Assembly: GCA_903928015.1 (NCBI GenBank)
Contig: CAIYPF010000116.1
Coordinates: 27,084-91,083, forward strand
Source: an uncultured Gammaproteobacteria bacterium
GTDB taxonomy: Bacteria > Pseudomonadota > Gammaproteobacteria > Pseudomonadales > UBA5518
Length of the DNA stretch: 64,000 nucleotides
Direction: 5' to 3'
In this document: positions 24,291-34,148 of the stretch, piece after piece
Layout of the letters: every line of letters starts with the position of its first letter
Position numbering within the stretch: position 1 is the stretch's first letter
The notes under the pieces: generated by a model
Seen by the model: the letters and a program-made list of their open reading frames with translations, nothing else
The model's database searches: none
What the model was told of the DNA's origin: nothing
Made by a program: the position numbers and the translations under genes

Positions 24291-26498
24291 TCAGACACGC
24301 AACGGCAAATCACGGAAGCGCTTACCGGTTGCAGCAAAAAACGCTGCAGCCAAAGCAGGCGCGATGGTGGGTGTAGGCGGCTCGCCCGCGCCACCAGGCT
24401 CTGCGTCGGATCGCATGATGTGTGCCTCGATCACGGGCGGACATTCACTGAGCCGCAAAATCCGGTAATCGCCGAAGTTGCTCTGCATCGCGCGCCCGCC
24501 CTGCGCAGTGATCTCGCCGAACAGCGCGGCACCCAGTCCGAAGATCGCTGCACCCTCCACCTGCTTGCGGATGCCTTCCGGATTCACCACCAGCCCGCAA
24601 TCTATCGCGGTGTCGATGCGCGTCACGCGCGGAGCACCGCGGCCGTCGTATTCGACTTCCACCACAGTGGCCACATAGCTGTAGAAACTGTTGTGCGCTG
24701 CGAAGCCCCGGAAACGTCCGGTTGGCAGCGCCTCGCTCCAATGCGTCCGCTCTGCAAGGTGCTCGATGACACGACGGTACCGGCCCGTATCGACCCTGGT
24801 GCCGTTGAAGTTGACCAGAGGATCGGGTTCCTCGTTCGGCGCCGCAAAAACACGGTCTTTGCCGAGCATCCGGAGTCGGTAGGAAACCGGATCGATTCCA
24901 GCGGCAGCAGCCATCTCGTCGATGAATCCGTTAAGCGCGAAGGCGTGCCACAGGTTGCACACGGAACGCAGCCAGCCGATACGGATGGGCACACGCGCGC
25001 GGCACGCCTCGATCGACACGGCCGGCACATCGAAAGGCATATTGGTGAGACCCATTCCGGTCTCCCAGGGCATGGGGTAGTCGAGCCCCTTCACGTCCAT
25101 CCAGTCGATGGATGGATAGGCCGCGCGCATGCGCCAGGCAGAGGGCAGGCCATCGGCACCCAGTCGCGCCTCCATCCTGTGCACGGACTCGGCGTGGAAA
25201 TAGCAGTTGCGTATATCGTCTTCACGGGTCCAGAAGAGCTTGACCGGGACACCCGCCTGCCGAGAAACCTCCACCGCCTCGAACACGAAATCGATCTGCG
25301 ATTTGCGCCCGAATGCGCCACCGAGGAAGGTGATCGTCACCTTGACCTTGTCCGGCGCGATGCCCAGCCAGTCCGCCACACGGCGGCGGACATCCTGCGG
25401 GTCCTGAACGGGAGCCCAGATTTCGCAGCGCCCATCGCGCACCCATGCCACAGCGACCGGCGGCTCCATGGGGGCGTGGGCAAGCATCGCAGTTTCATAA
25501 TCCGCTTCGACGCGCACACCCTCGGCCGCAAGTCCGGCAGTTATGTCACCGCGCTGCAAACGCAGCTTCCCCGCCTGGCTCACGCTCTCGCGCAACTCGG
25601 CGCGAAAACTCCCCGTCTCGTATGTGGCATTCGCACCCTCGTTCCAGTCGATCGACAACGCATCGCGACCGCGCATCGCCGACCAGCTGTCATCAGCGAG
25701 CACCGCAATCCCCTCCTCCGGGCGGAAACTTCGGGGATGGGCAGAGAACGGAATCCGATAGGTGCCACGAACACCCGGCACCGCTCGGGCGGCCACGTCG
25801 TCCAGCGAGCGGATGCGTGCATCGAAGACCGGAGCCCGCGCTACGCAGGCGTATTTCATGCCGGGGATCCGTACGTCATATCCGTAGATGGCGGAACCGG
25901 TCACTACTGCCCGTGCGTCGCGCATCGGTGCCGCGACGCCGATGAACCTGAAGTCCGCGGAATCCTTCAGCACGGGCGTCTCCGGCACCGGCAGCTTCGC
26001 GGCGCGTGCCACGAGTTGCGCGTAATCGAGGCGACGACCGGTCGCAGGATGTTCCACTGCGTGATCGCGCGCACGACACTCGGCTGCAGGCAGATTCCAG
26101 TGCTCCGCAGCCGCGCGCACCAGCATCTCGCGGGCGAGGGCGCCGGCCCGCCGCAAGGGCGACCACAACATCCGGACACTGCGGGAACCGTCCGTGTTCT
26201 GGTCGCCATAACGCTGGTCTGCGAGCCCCTGCACCACCTCCACGCGTGCGAGATCCGCTTCAAGCTCATCGGCAAGGATCCTCGGCAGCGAGGTACGCAC
26301 CCCCTGCCCCATCTCGCCGCGACTTACCGTGACCAGGACGAGGCCCGCGGCATCAATGGAGACGAATACATCCGGTGAAAAGAGCGATGTTGCGGATTCC
26401 GAACGCACAGGAGCGGCACGCAGGCCGAGCACCAGCACAGCACCGGCGCGACCACCGGCGCGGACAAATTCGCGTCGCGAAAGTTTCAGCGTATCCAT
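24291..26498 (-). CDS. Molybdopterin-dependent oxidoreductase large subunit (IorB / aldehyde-oxidase beta-like), Tat-exported
   Basis: The 735-aa ORF has a twin-arginine signal (LSRREFVRAGGRAGAVLVLG) and looks like the xanthine dehydrogenase / isoquinoline oxidoreductase beta family throughout. Confidence 0.85.
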   Translation of the reverse strand: MDTLKLSRREFVRAGGRAGAVLVLGLRAAPVRSESATSLFSPDVFVSIDAAGLVLVTVSRGEMGQGVRTSLPRILADELEADLARVEVVQGLADQRYGDQNTDGSRSVRMLWSPLRRAGALAREMLVRAAAEHWNLPAAECRARDHAVEHPATGRRLDYAQLVARAAKLPVPETPVLKDSADFRFIGVAAPMRDARAVVTGSAIYGYDVRIPGMKYACVARAPVFDARIRSLDDVAARAVPGVRGTYRIPFSAHPRSFRPEEGIAVLADDSWSAMRGRDALSIDWNEGANATYETGSFRAELRESVSQAGKLRLQRGDITAGLAAEGVRVEADYETAMLAHAPMEPPVAVAWVRDGRCEIWAPVQDPQDVRRRVADWLGIAPDKVKVTITFLGGAFGRKSQIDFVFEAVEVSRQAGVPVKLFWTREDDIRNCYFHAESVHRMEARLGADGLPSAWRMRAAYPSIDWMDVKGLDYPMPWETGMGLTNMPFDVPAVSIEACRARVPIRIGWLRSVCNLWHAFALNGFIDEMAAAAGIDPVSYRLRMLGKDRVFAAPNEEPDPLVNFNGTRVDTGRYRRVIEHLAERTHWSEALPTGRFRGFAAHNSFYSYVATVVEVEYDGRGAPRVTRIDTAIDCGLVVNPEGIRKQVEGAAIFGLGAALFGEITAQGGRAMQSNFGDYRILRLSECPPVIEAHIMRSDAEPGGAGEPPTPTIAPALAAAFFAATGKRFRDLPLRV

Positions 26499-26980
26499 CA
26501 GGCTTCTCCTGCTGCGACAGCGCGCAAGGCTGCACGGATCCGCGGATAGGTTCCGCAGCGGCAGAGATTGCCCGCCATGGCGGCATCAATCGCTGCTTCG
26601 TCCGGGCGCGGATTCGCTGAAAGCAGCGCCGCAGCGCTCATGATCTGCCCGGCCTGACAGTAGCCGCACTGTGCGACGTCATGATCCATCCATGCCCGTT
26701 GTACAACGTGCAGCGCCGTCGCGGCCGGCGTGCCGGCAACCGCGCCATGCGCAAGCCCTTCGATGGTGATCACCTTGCGCCCCTCGAGGCTGCCCAGCGA
26801 CGAGAGGCAGGCACGCCCGGGCTCGCCGTCGATATGAACGGTGCATGCTCCGCAGGCACCGATGCCGCAACCGTACTTGGTGCCGGTGAGCCCGTGTATG
26901 TCGCGGAGCCACCAGAGCAACGGCATGCTCGCATCGGCGTCTGTGGATACGGCCCGTCCGTTCAATTCGAATTCGATCAT
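26498..26980 (-). CDS. (2Fe-2S)-binding small subunit of the molybdo-oxidoreductase (IorA-like)
   Basis: ORF 26498..27214 is trimmed to the ATG at 26980, after GGGAGA. The product MIEFELNGR...[16 protein letters not shown]...[11 protein letters not shown]...NLCRCGTY has both [2Fe-2S] cysteine clusters. There is a TGATG overlap with the large subunit. Confidence 0.85.
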   Translation of the reverse strand: MIEFELNGRAVSTDADASMPLLWWLRDIHGLTGTKYGCGIGACGACTVHIDGEPGRACLSSLGSLEGRKVITIEGLAHGAVAGTPAATALHVVQRAWMDHDVAQCGYCQAGQIMSAAALLSANPRPDEAAIDAAMAGNLCRCGTYPRIRAALRAVAAGEA

Positions 26981-27057
26981 GACGATCTCCCGGCGTTCTT
27001 TGCCTCGAAGCATAGGCGCTGATCGTCGGGTCGTGGAGAAGGGGCGGACCGGGGTGC

Positions 27058-28005
27058 TCAGGTGAGGAGAAAAAGAAGCACGAGGTTGCAGACGAAAAGC
27101 GGCAAGGCAGTGAACGCCTGCGCCTTGAGAACCGCATGCTGGTCGCGCAGGCCGAGCAACGCGACCGGCACAACGTTGAAGTTGGCAGCCATGGGTGTGA
27201 GTAGCGTCCCGCAATAGCCTGCAAGCATGCCCAGCGCCGCAAGCGGCGCTGCATCAGCGTGATGCTGCGTAACCAGCACCGGCAAGCCGAGACCGATCGC
27301 GATGACGGGAAATGCTGCAAAGGCATTACCCATCACCATCGTGAGCAGGGTCATGCCGAAGGCGTAGGCCGTAAGAGCAACCGCGTGGTTTTCCAGCGGC
27401 AGACTCGCTGTGAGCGCGCTGCTCAGCAATTCACCGATTCCCGCGCGTGCGAAGACGCTTCCCAGCACTGCGAGCAGCAAAGGCAGAAGCGCCGCCCAAC
27501 CGATCGCCTCGAGCAAATGACGTCCGCCCTCCAGCGCTTCGCGGGGCGAGGCACGCGTTATGCGCAAGGCCACGAGCAGGGAGATCGTGCAGGCGATGCC
27601 AAGCGCGACCACCGTAGTCTGAACAGGAGACACCAACGGGGTTCCGGATATCTGCAGGCGGCTCACACCCAGCGCAACGGCGAGTGTCAGCAGCGAGACG
27701 AGCAGCACTGGCACGAGCAGCAGATGCCCGAGTCGCTTCGCGCGCTCGCGCAGGAGTGGCTGCGCGACGGGAACATGCTGGCCCGCGCGCAGCCCTCCGC
27801 ATCCCGCTACAAGAGCGAGGAGTATCACCATCGCACCGAGCGCTTCGGCGGGAAGGCTATCCCCCGCAAGGAAACCCGTTGCCAGCAAACCCCAGAACAA
27901 TCCGCTGGAAAAGCGCCGCGGGTTGCTGCGGTCGCCGAAAGAGAGCAGCGCGACAGCAGCAAGGAAAATCCCTGCCAGCGTGTAGACATGCGCAAGCCCG
28001 ATCAT
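27058..28005 (-). CDS. DUF979-like integral membrane protein (putative transporter subunit)
   Basis: This is the C-terminal 315 codons of ORF 27058..28797, starting at the ATG at 28005 ([21 protein letters not shown]...). It is polytopic and hydrophobic. There is an ATGA overlap with the upstream gene, which is in another frame. Confidence 0.7.
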   Translation of the reverse strand: MIGLAHVYTLAGIFLAAVALLSFGDRSNPRRFSSGLFWGLLATGFLAGDSLPAEALGAMVILLALVAGCGGLRAGQHVPVAQPLLRERAKRLGHLLLVPVLLVSLLTLAVALGVSRLQISGTPLVSPVQTTVVALGIACTISLLVALRITRASPREALEGGRHLLEAIGWAALLPLLLAVLGSVFARAGIGELLSSALTASLPLENHAVALTAYAFGMTLLTMVMGNAFAAFPVIAIGLGLPVLVTQHHADAAPLAALGMLAGYCGTLLTPMAANFNVVPVALLGLRDQHAVLKAQAFTALPLFVCNLVLLFLLT

Positions 28006-28664
28006 TGCTGAACGCGTCGACTGAAACGTTTCAGACGGAAAGCGTGGATCACGAAGGCGCACAACGCCGTGGGCAGGCCCCAGAGAGCGATTTCCAGGGG
28101 CTCGAGGACGATGCCGTGGCTCGCGTAGACGCCCTGCATCAGCAGCACCGCACCGAATGCAACGAACAGATCCTCGCCGAAGAACAATCCGATGTTGTCG
28201 GTGGCAGCGGACATCGCGCGCAGGTCTTCGCGCGCCTCTTCCGAAAGCACGCCACTCCCGGGCCTCGCCGCGGCCTCTGCCATCGGCGCAAGCAAGGGCC
28301 GCACGGTTTGCGCCTGTCCGCCGAGGCTGACCAACCCCATAGCGGCGGTGAGTTGCCGGAGCGCGAGATATGAAAGAAGCACGCGGAACAAGCCCACACG
28401 GCGACGGCGTGCAATCCATGCGGCTGCATGTTCGCGAAGACCGTAGCGCTCGAGCAGCCCCAGCACGGGCAACATGAGAAGAAAAAGCCCGAGAAAGCGG
28501 TTGTTGCGGAAACCCTCCCCGAACGCGACGAGGATCTCCCGTGGCGACATCCCGGCGGCGAGGCCCGTCACCACGCCGGCCAAAACCACCACCATCGCCG
28601 CGTTCAATCGCAGCGCGAAGCCGAACACGACGACGCCGATCCCCGCGAGCGGCAGCCAGCTCAC
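28002..28664 (-). CDS. DUF969-like integral membrane protein (putative transporter subunit)
   Basis: It lies in the frame of ORF 28002..28760. The proposed GTG start at 28664 (VSWLPLAGIGVVVFGFALRLN...) overlaps the pxpA stop (GTGA). The ATG at 28760 would add an Arg-rich, non-membrane extension. Confidence 0.6.
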   Translation of the reverse strand: MSWLPLAGIGVVVFGFALRLNAAMVVVLAGVVTGLAAGMSPREILVAFGEGFRNNRFLGLFLLMLPVLGLLERYGLREHAAAWIARRRRVGLFRVLLSYLALRQLTAAMGLVSLGGQAQTVRPLLAPMAEAAARPGSGVLSEEAREDLRAMSAATDNIGLFFGEDLFVAFGAVLLMQGVYASHGIVLEPLEIALWGLPTALCAFVIHAFRLKRFSRRVQQ

Positions 28665-29410
28665 GACGACACCGCACTGATTTGCACGCCTGCGTCCGCG
28701 AGCACTTCGCGCACCAGATGCGCGAACTCCACGGCGTGCGGACCATCGCCATGCAGGCAAACGGTATCGATATCGAGCGGGACGGGGATTCCGTCACGGG
28801 ACTGCACCCGGTGATGCAGCACCATGGATATCAGCTGCGCACGCAGATCTTCGGGGGCCACGATCACGGCATCCGCCTCGCTCCGGGAAACCAACAGGCC
28901 TTGCCGGGTGTAGCGACGATCGGCAAAACCCTCGCACAGCACGCGCAGCCCTGCTCTACGCCCAGCCTCGGGAAGCCGCGACCCGGCAAGTCCGACCAAT
29001 GCCAATGATGGATCCACGTCTCGCACAGCCACTGCGATCGCAGTAGCCAGAGCCGGATCCACTGCGGCACGGTTGTAGAGCGCGCCGTGCGGCTTCACGT
29101 GCGTAAGCACTGCGCCCGCAGCGGCGGCAATGGCGGCGAGTGCCTCTATCTGGGCGGAGACTGCCGAGCGGATCTCGCACTCGGCGAGTTTCATGTCGCG
29201 CCGGCCAAAACCCTCGCGATCCGGATACGAAGGGTGCGCACCTATGGCCACACCGTGGGCAATGCAGAGCGCCACGCATGCTGCCATCGTGCCGGCATCA
29301 CCAGCGTGGCCGCCGCAGGCGATGTTCGCTGAAGAGAGCATGGGTACAAGCGCTGCGTCGACCGCCGCAAAACCCTCCCCCACGTCCGCGTTCACGTCGA
29401 TGCGTTTCAT
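28661..29410 (-). CDS. pxpA: 5-oxoprolinase subunit A (LamB/YcsF family)
   Basis: It has the MKRIDVNADVGEGF N-terminus, is 249 aa, and looks LamB/YcsF-like throughout. Confidence 0.9.
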   Translation of the reverse strand: MKRIDVNADVGEGFAAVDAALVPMLSSANIACGGHAGDAGTMAACVALCIAHGVAIGAHPSYPDREGFGRRDMKLAECEIRSAVSAQIEALAAIAAAAGAVLTHVKPHGALYNRAAVDPALATAIAVAVRDVDPSLALVGLAGSRLPEAGRRAGLRVLCEGFADRRYTRQGLLVSRSEADAVIVAPEDLRAQLISMVLHHRVQSRDGIPVPLDIDTVCLHGDGPHAVEFAHLVREVLADAGVQISAVSS

Positions 29411-30369
29411 CGCTCATCCTTCCACCAGGCGCCCGCGACGATCGCCAGCTGGGCGATCTGCTTCTCGCGCGCCTGCCATGCACGATGCGCCTCATCGAAT
29501 CCGGTCACGCGAAAGCGCAGCGTCTCGCCCGGACGCAACTGCGCGAGCCGGCCATGATCGACGGACGCCACAACGCCTGCCACAGGATAGCCACCCGTGG
29601 TCTGGCGATCCGCGCCAAGGACGATGCACTTGCCGTCGGGTGGAAGCTGCACGGTGCCGAAGGCGACGGGTTCGGAAAGCGCCTGCGGCAAGCGCGCAGC
29701 AGAGGCCAGAGCCTGTTCCAGACGCAAGCCCATGCGATCCGAGGCACGGCTCACCGTGAAACTCTCGTGAAGAAAACGCTCACGATCTTCTGCAGATAGC
29801 AGGGCAAGCGCGGGCCCGGGGAGAAGCGCAAGAGGCTCCTGCGAAACAAGGGCGGGATGCGCCAGCGAGGTGAACACTCGCGAAGGCAAGCGTGCCGGCT
29901 CGCACAGCCCGCGCGAGAACAGCCGGTCGCCGCGCGTGAGCCCACGTCCGAGCAGACCTCCGAACCCGCAACGCAGATCCGTGGACGCACTGCCGAACAC
30001 CACATCGGCTACGAAACCTCCGGAGATCGCCAGGCAGGCGCGCTGCCCACGCCGCGCCGCCGGCAAGCGCAACCTCTGCCCGGCCGTCATGCGAAAGGGA
30101 GCGCAGAGCGGGACTTCCGTGCCATCGAGCGTCGCGCCCAGATCAGCACCGCAGAGCGCATACCACGCAGTCTCCAGCGCGATGAACTCCGCCCCTCCAA
30201 GGGTTATCTCGAGAGCCGGTGCGGTACGGGGATTTCCCAGCAGCGCGTTCGCCACGCGCAACGCGAAGACATCCATCGCCCCTGCCGTGCCGATACCCTG
30301 CGACTGCATCCCGTAACGGCCGGTGTCCTGGATGGTCGCGAGCAGACCGGGAGCGATGCACTCGAGCAC
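29407..30369 (-). CDS. pxpC: 5-oxoprolinase subunit C (KipA / allophanate hydrolase subunit 2-like)
   Basis: The 320-aa ORF has LATIQDTGRYGMQSQGI and GADRQTTGGYP motifs. It overlaps pxpA by 4 nt. Confidence 0.85.
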   Translation of the reverse strand: MLECIAPGLLATIQDTGRYGMQSQGIGTAGAMDVFALRVANALLGNPRTAPALEITLGGAEFIALETAWYALCGADLGATLDGTEVPLCAPFRMTAGQRLRLPAARRGQRACLAISGGFVADVVFGSASTDLRCGFGGLLGRGLTRGDRLFSRGLCEPARLPSRVFTSLAHPALVSQEPLALLPGPALALLSAEDRERFLHESFTVSRASDRMGLRLEQALASAARLPQALSEPVAFGTVQLPPDGKCIVLGADRQTTGGYPVAGVVASVDHGRLAQLRPGETLRFRVTGFDEAHRAWQAREKQIAQLAIVAGAWWKDER

Positions 30370-30372
30370 GAC

Positions 30373-31065
30373 TCAGACTCCGCTCGATTGCCGGCTGAAT
30401 TCGGTGGCAGACACTGGCACGAATCGCAGGGTGTCGCCCGGCGCAAGCAGGCAGCAGGGATACCTGCCGTGATCGAAAAGAGACAAGGGCGTGCGCCCGA
30501 TGATCCGCCAGCCGCCAGGGCTTGCCGCCGGATAGATGCCGGTCTGCGCGCCGCCAATGGCAACGGAGCCAGCTTCAACGCGGGCGCGGGGGGTCTCGCG
30601 TCGCGGCATGGAAAGCGCGGGATCGAGTCCGCCCAGGTACGGAAAACCTGGCGTGAAACCCAGGAAAAACACGCGATAGTCAGCACCGCTGTGGCGCGCC
30701 ACCACCTCTGCGGCAGAGAGCCCCGTATGGGCACACAGCTCCTCCATATCGGGCGCGAAGGAGGGCTCGTAACACACGGGCACTTCGATGCAACGCTGCT
30801 CAGGCACAGCAGGCAACAGGGCGCTGCAGACCGCCAGCAAGCGGCGGGATAGCGGTTCGTATTCGAGCAGGGCCGGATCCATGTGCACCGCCACGCTCGC
30901 ATAGGCGGGCACCACGTCCAGCACACCCGGCAAACGCAGCGCCTCGATGGCTCGCCACGCAGCGAGCACACGCGCATTGATGGAAGGATCGATGACGGTA
31001 CCGAATTCGACCAGAAGCGCTGCGTCCCCAAGGGGTTTCACGGTGGGAGCGACGCACGGAGCCAT
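30373..31065 (-). CDS. pxpB: 5-oxoprolinase subunit B (KipI / allophanate hydrolase subunit 1-like)
   Basis: ORF 30373..31191 is trimmed to the ATG at 31065 (MAPCVAPTVKPLGDAALLVEFG...). It has the FLGFTPGFPYLGGL motif. Confidence 0.85.
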   Translation of the reverse strand: MAPCVAPTVKPLGDAALLVEFGTVIDPSINARVLAAWRAIEALRLPGVLDVVPAYASVAVHMDPALLEYEPLSRRLLAVCSALLPAVPEQRCIEVPVCYEPSFAPDMEELCAHTGLSAAEVVARHSGADYRVFFLGFTPGFPYLGGLDPALSMPRRETPRARVEAGSVAIGGAQTGIYPAASPGGWRIIGRTPLSLFDHGRYPCCLLAPGDTLRFVPVSATEFSRQSSGV

Positions 31066-31069
31066 CGGT

Positions 31070-31573
31070 TCAGGTCTGGTCCAGGGCCGGCGTTGTGGAC
31101 ACGCGGCGGCCATCGATGAAGCGGGGAAACTCTTCCCGGTAGTCGTGCAGAAGGCGCAGGCGACTGATGCGCCAGACGCCATCGGCACCACGACGGAACT
31201 GCATCCGGTACTGGCCGAAGCCCTTCATGATCGTGACGCCATTCAGCGTCACCCAGTCTTCGAGCTTGAAGATGGCGCTGGCGGCTCCGGGGTCCGACGG
31301 CGAGACGGTCACCTCGGCATTGTGGCCGAAATGGCTCAAGCGCAAACCGTCCTGACTCTCGTTGCCGTGCAGGAAAGCGCGGATCTGCTCCCGCCCAACG
31401 GCCTGCCAGTTGCCCGTGCCCCAGTCGGCATCGGCGTCCTCGGTAAAGCAGTCGTCCAACTCGTCCCAGACCTTGTAATCGAGCACCCGCCAATAGCGGC
31501 ACATGGCTTCGCGAACGGCCTCGCGGGATTCGAGTATCTCGATGCGGGAACGAAGCGCGGCGATCTCGTCCAT
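31070..31573 (-). CDS. NTF2-like / SnoaL-like domain protein
   Basis: ORF 31070..31660 is trimmed to the ATG at 31573, after GAGGAG. The product MDEIAALRSRIEILESREAVREAMCRYWRVLD... has the typical SnoaL_4 N-terminus. It ends 4 nt before pxpB. Confidence 0.6.
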   Translation of the reverse strand: MDEIAALRSRIEILESREAVREAMCRYWRVLDYKVWDELDDCFTEDADADWGTGNWQAVGREQIRAFLHGNESQDGLRLSHFGHNAEVTVSPSDPGAASAIFKLEDWVTLNGVTIMKGFGQYRMQFRRGADGVWRISRLRLLHDYREEFPRFIDGRRVSTTPALDQT

Positions 31574-31719
31574 CAGCGTCTCCTCGGGGCGGGCGGAACG
31601 GGTCCGGACACCATAGCCACGGAAAAGGCATGGAGCCAGCCAAAGATGGCTCTGACGCATTGCGCCACGGGCCGCGATACTCTACCGTTTCGAAAATAAG
31701 ACAGATGGATTTCCATTCA

Positions 31720-32520
31720 ATGAAAGTGATCATCCTGAGCGCAGGTCAGGGCCGCAGGCTGCTGCCTCTCACCGAGTCCCGGCCCAAGTGCTCGCTGCCG
31801 ATCAACGGCCGCTCCCTTCTCGAATGGCAACTGCGGGAAATCAGCCTCTGCAGCGTCGACGAAGTCGTGATCGCCACCGGCTACGCGGCACATGTGGTGG
31901 AAGACATCGTTGCAGACCTCGATCTCGGCGGACTGCAGGTGCGCACCGAGTTCAATCCCTTTTTCGAGCACTGCGACAACCTCGGCACCTGCTGGCTCAT
32001 GCGCCACGAGATGCGCGGGGAGTTCGTCGTGCTGAACGGCGACACCCTTTTCGAGGCGGCCGTACTGCAGCGCCTGCTCGCGCAGCGCGGCGCATGCCCG
32101 ATCACACTCGCTGCGGATCGCAAGGGTCACTACGACGACGACGACATGCTCATCGTGGCAAATGGCCGGCGCCTCGAGCGCGTTGGCAAGCGTCTCGGCA
32201 TCCCGGAAGTGAACGGAGAGTCCATCGGCATGCTGGCCTTCGACGCCGGCGGCGGCGCGGCATTTGCCGCGATGCTCGACTCGGTGATGCGCAGGCGTGA
32301 AGGACTGGGTTCCTGGTATCTCTCCGCCATAGACGCATTGGCCCGTACCGGAGCGGTGGGCGTCTGCTCCATACACGGGCTGGGATGGTGCGAGGTGGAC
32401 ACCCGCCTCGACCTCGCCCGTGCCGAGGAACTGCAGCGCCACTGGCCGCTGCAACCGGTGGAGGGCGGCGAGCTCAGCGCGGGGGAGAGCTTTCAGTGGA
32501 GTGCCGCTGCCCAGGAGTGA
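31720..32520 (+). CDS. Nucleotidyltransferase (NTP_transferase fold; cytidylyl/sugar-phosphate nucleotidyltransferase-like)
   Basis: ORF 31630..32520 is trimmed to the ATG at 31720. The product starts MKVIILSAGQGRRLLPLTESRPKCSLPI, the G-x-G-x-R-L signature. Confidence 0.75.
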   Translation: MKVIILSAGQGRRLLPLTESRPKCSLPINGRSLLEWQLREISLCSVDEVVIATGYAAHVVEDIVADLDLGGLQVRTEFNPFFEHCDNLGTCWLMRHEMRGEFVVLNGDTLFEAAVLQRLLAQRGACPITLAADRKGHYDDDDMLIVANGRRLERVGKRLGIPEVNGESIGMLAFDAGGGAAFAAMLDSVMRRREGLGSWYLSAIDALARTGAVGVCSIHGLGWCEVDTRLDLARAEELQRHWPLQPVEGGELSAGESFQWSAAAQE

Positions 32521-33052
32521 TGGTGGTCCGGACGCCACCGGCACCTCCGGCCTTGAAAAGGTCATTCGTGCGGCGGTACTCGATGTCCTCGCTGCCGAGT
32601 ACATCGGCATCGCGGCGCAGACTTGCATCGCCCAGCAGATGCAGGATGTCTTCGTGGCGACGATAGTCGATCTCCCGGGCGCGTCCCTCGACTTCGTTTA
32701 TCCCGGCCGCCGGATCGGAGTTGCGGAAGAGTATCCGCGCCGGCGCACCCTGTGCCTGCAGCTGTTCGGCGTCTTCCAGCGTGCCCTTCAGCGTCGCGCG
32801 CTCTGCCGTGAACTCCCAGTCCGTGCCGCTCACACGCACGTTTCCCTGGACGAGCAAGGAACCCGACTCCCGGTCTTCGGATGCGTAGTCCGCGCTGACC
32901 GAAATGCTGTCACCGCCGAGGCCCTGCACAGGGGGTTGCGCCGCCTGCAGGCGCGCGCCGAACATTCCCGACATGCAAAGGCATGTGAGGATTCGGGCGA
33001 GGTGTGTGGAAGCGGTGTTGCGCATATGGGGATGGATCATAGTGCCTGCCAA
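32474..33052 (-). CDS. LptA/OstA-like periplasmic protein
   Basis: It has a signal peptide and an OstA-like pattern (ISVSADYASEDRESGSLLVQGNVRVSG...AQGAPARILF...GRAREIDYRRHEDILHLLGDASL...GSEDIEY). The start could be 33025 instead. Its 3' end overlaps the convergent nucleotidyltransferase gene by 47 nt. Confidence 0.6.
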   Translation of the reverse strand: MAGTMIHPHMRNTASTHLARILTCLCMSGMFGARLQAAQPPVQGLGGDSISVSADYASEDRESGSLLVQGNVRVSGTDWEFTAERATLKGTLEDAEQLQAQGAPARILFRNSDPAAGINEVEGRAREIDYRRHEDILHLLGDASLRRDADVLGSEDIEYRRTNDLFKAGGAGGVRTTITPGQRHSTESSPPR

Positions 33053-33069
33053 GAGCCGGGATCAAAGCA

Positions 33070-34143
33070 GTGATCCTTGACCGCTACGTTCTCCGCGAAC
33101 TGGGCTTCAATTTCGTGGGTACCGCGGCGGTGCTGCTAGCGGTGTTCGTGACCTTCACACTGACGCGTCTTCTGGCCGAGGCGGGCTCGGGGCTGCTCAC
33201 GCCGGCAGAGGTCCGCGAACTCGCACGGTTGAAGGCGCTGATTGCTCTCGAGGTTCTGCTCCCGGTGGCGCTCTACGTGGCTGTGCTGCTTTGCGTCGGC
33301 CGTCTGCACCAGGACGCGGAGCTTCACGCTCTGGGTGCTGCGGGCATTCCGGAATCACGCCTGCTCCGGCCGGTGCTGTTGTTCGCGCTGCCTTTGGCGG
33401 TGGTGGTGGCACTGCTCTCTACGCAGCTTCGACCCTGGGCCTGGGCAGGGATCTACGCGCTGCGCAACGACGCGGAAAACAGCGCGGACATCGACCGTGT
33501 GGAGGCCGGGAGCTTCAACAGCTTTGGCGAATCCGGGCGTACGCTGTACATCGCGGGTCTTTCGGATGACCGCAGCGGACTGGAGGGCGTGTTCATCCAC
33601 GACAACGAGGACGGCGTGCTGCAGATCATCACGGCACCGCGCGGGTCTTTCCATGCGTATGCGGCACCCGACAGCCACGAGCTGCTGCTGCAGGATGCCA
33701 CGGTGTTCCGTCGCAACAGCGAAGGCCAGAGCCTGCGGGCACGTTTCGGAAACTTCAGGCTGTGGTTGAAGGCATCGGGCCGGCACCGCGCGACCTACAA
33801 GGAAAAAGCCCAGAGCACACCCTCGCTCGCCACCACCAGCAACCCCAGTGGCCGCGCGGAGTGGCAATGGCGCTATTCCACGCCGGTATCCACCGTGCTG
33901 CTTGCGCTGCTTGCGGTGCCGCTCGCGCGTTCAGCCCCGCGGCGCAGCCGTTACCTCAAACTCCTGATCGCACTGCTCGTGTACGCGGCCTATTACAACC
34001 TGCTCGGCATCGCCCGGAGCGCCGTGGAACAGCAACACCTCGTCTGGCTCTGGTGGGTACCGGCGCTGCTCGGGGTAGCGGTTGCCGTGGTACACGCCTG
34101 GGACTCGATACATGCCGCCTGGATGCGGAGAGCGCGAGCGTGA
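33070..34143 (+). CDS. lptF: LPS export ABC transporter permease LptF
   Basis: The N-terminus MILDRYVLRELGFNFVGT is typical. The 357-aa product has the YjgP/YjgQ topology. Confidence 0.8.
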   Translation: MILDRYVLRELGFNFVGTAAVLLAVFVTFTLTRLLAEAGSGLLTPAEVRELARLKALIALEVLLPVALYVAVLLCVGRLHQDAELHALGAAGIPESRLLRPVLLFALPLAVVVALLSTQLRPWAWAGIYALRNDAENSADIDRVEAGSFNSFGESGRTLYIAGLSDDRSGLEGVFIHDNEDGVLQIITAPRGSFHAYAAPDSHELLLQDATVFRRNSEGQSLRARFGNFRLWLKASGRHRATYKEKAQSTPSLATTSNPSGRAEWQWRYSTPVSTVLLALLAVPLARSAPRRSRYLKLLIALLVYAAYYNLLGIARSAVEQQHLVWLWWVPALLGVAVAVVHAWDSIHAAWMRRARA

Positions 34144-34148
34144 GGGGC

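Noticed and set aside
24228-26378. 716-aa plus-strand ORF
   Set aside because: It is antisense to the Tat-signal-bearing molybdo-oxidoreductase large subunit and has no family resemblance.
27058-28797. 579-aa minus-strand ORF read as one protein
   Set aside because: Only the C-terminal 315 codons are membrane-protein-like. The N-terminal 260 codons are Arg-rich and overlap the well-formed DUF969-like frame (28002..28664). I split it into two overlapping genes (ATGA junction).
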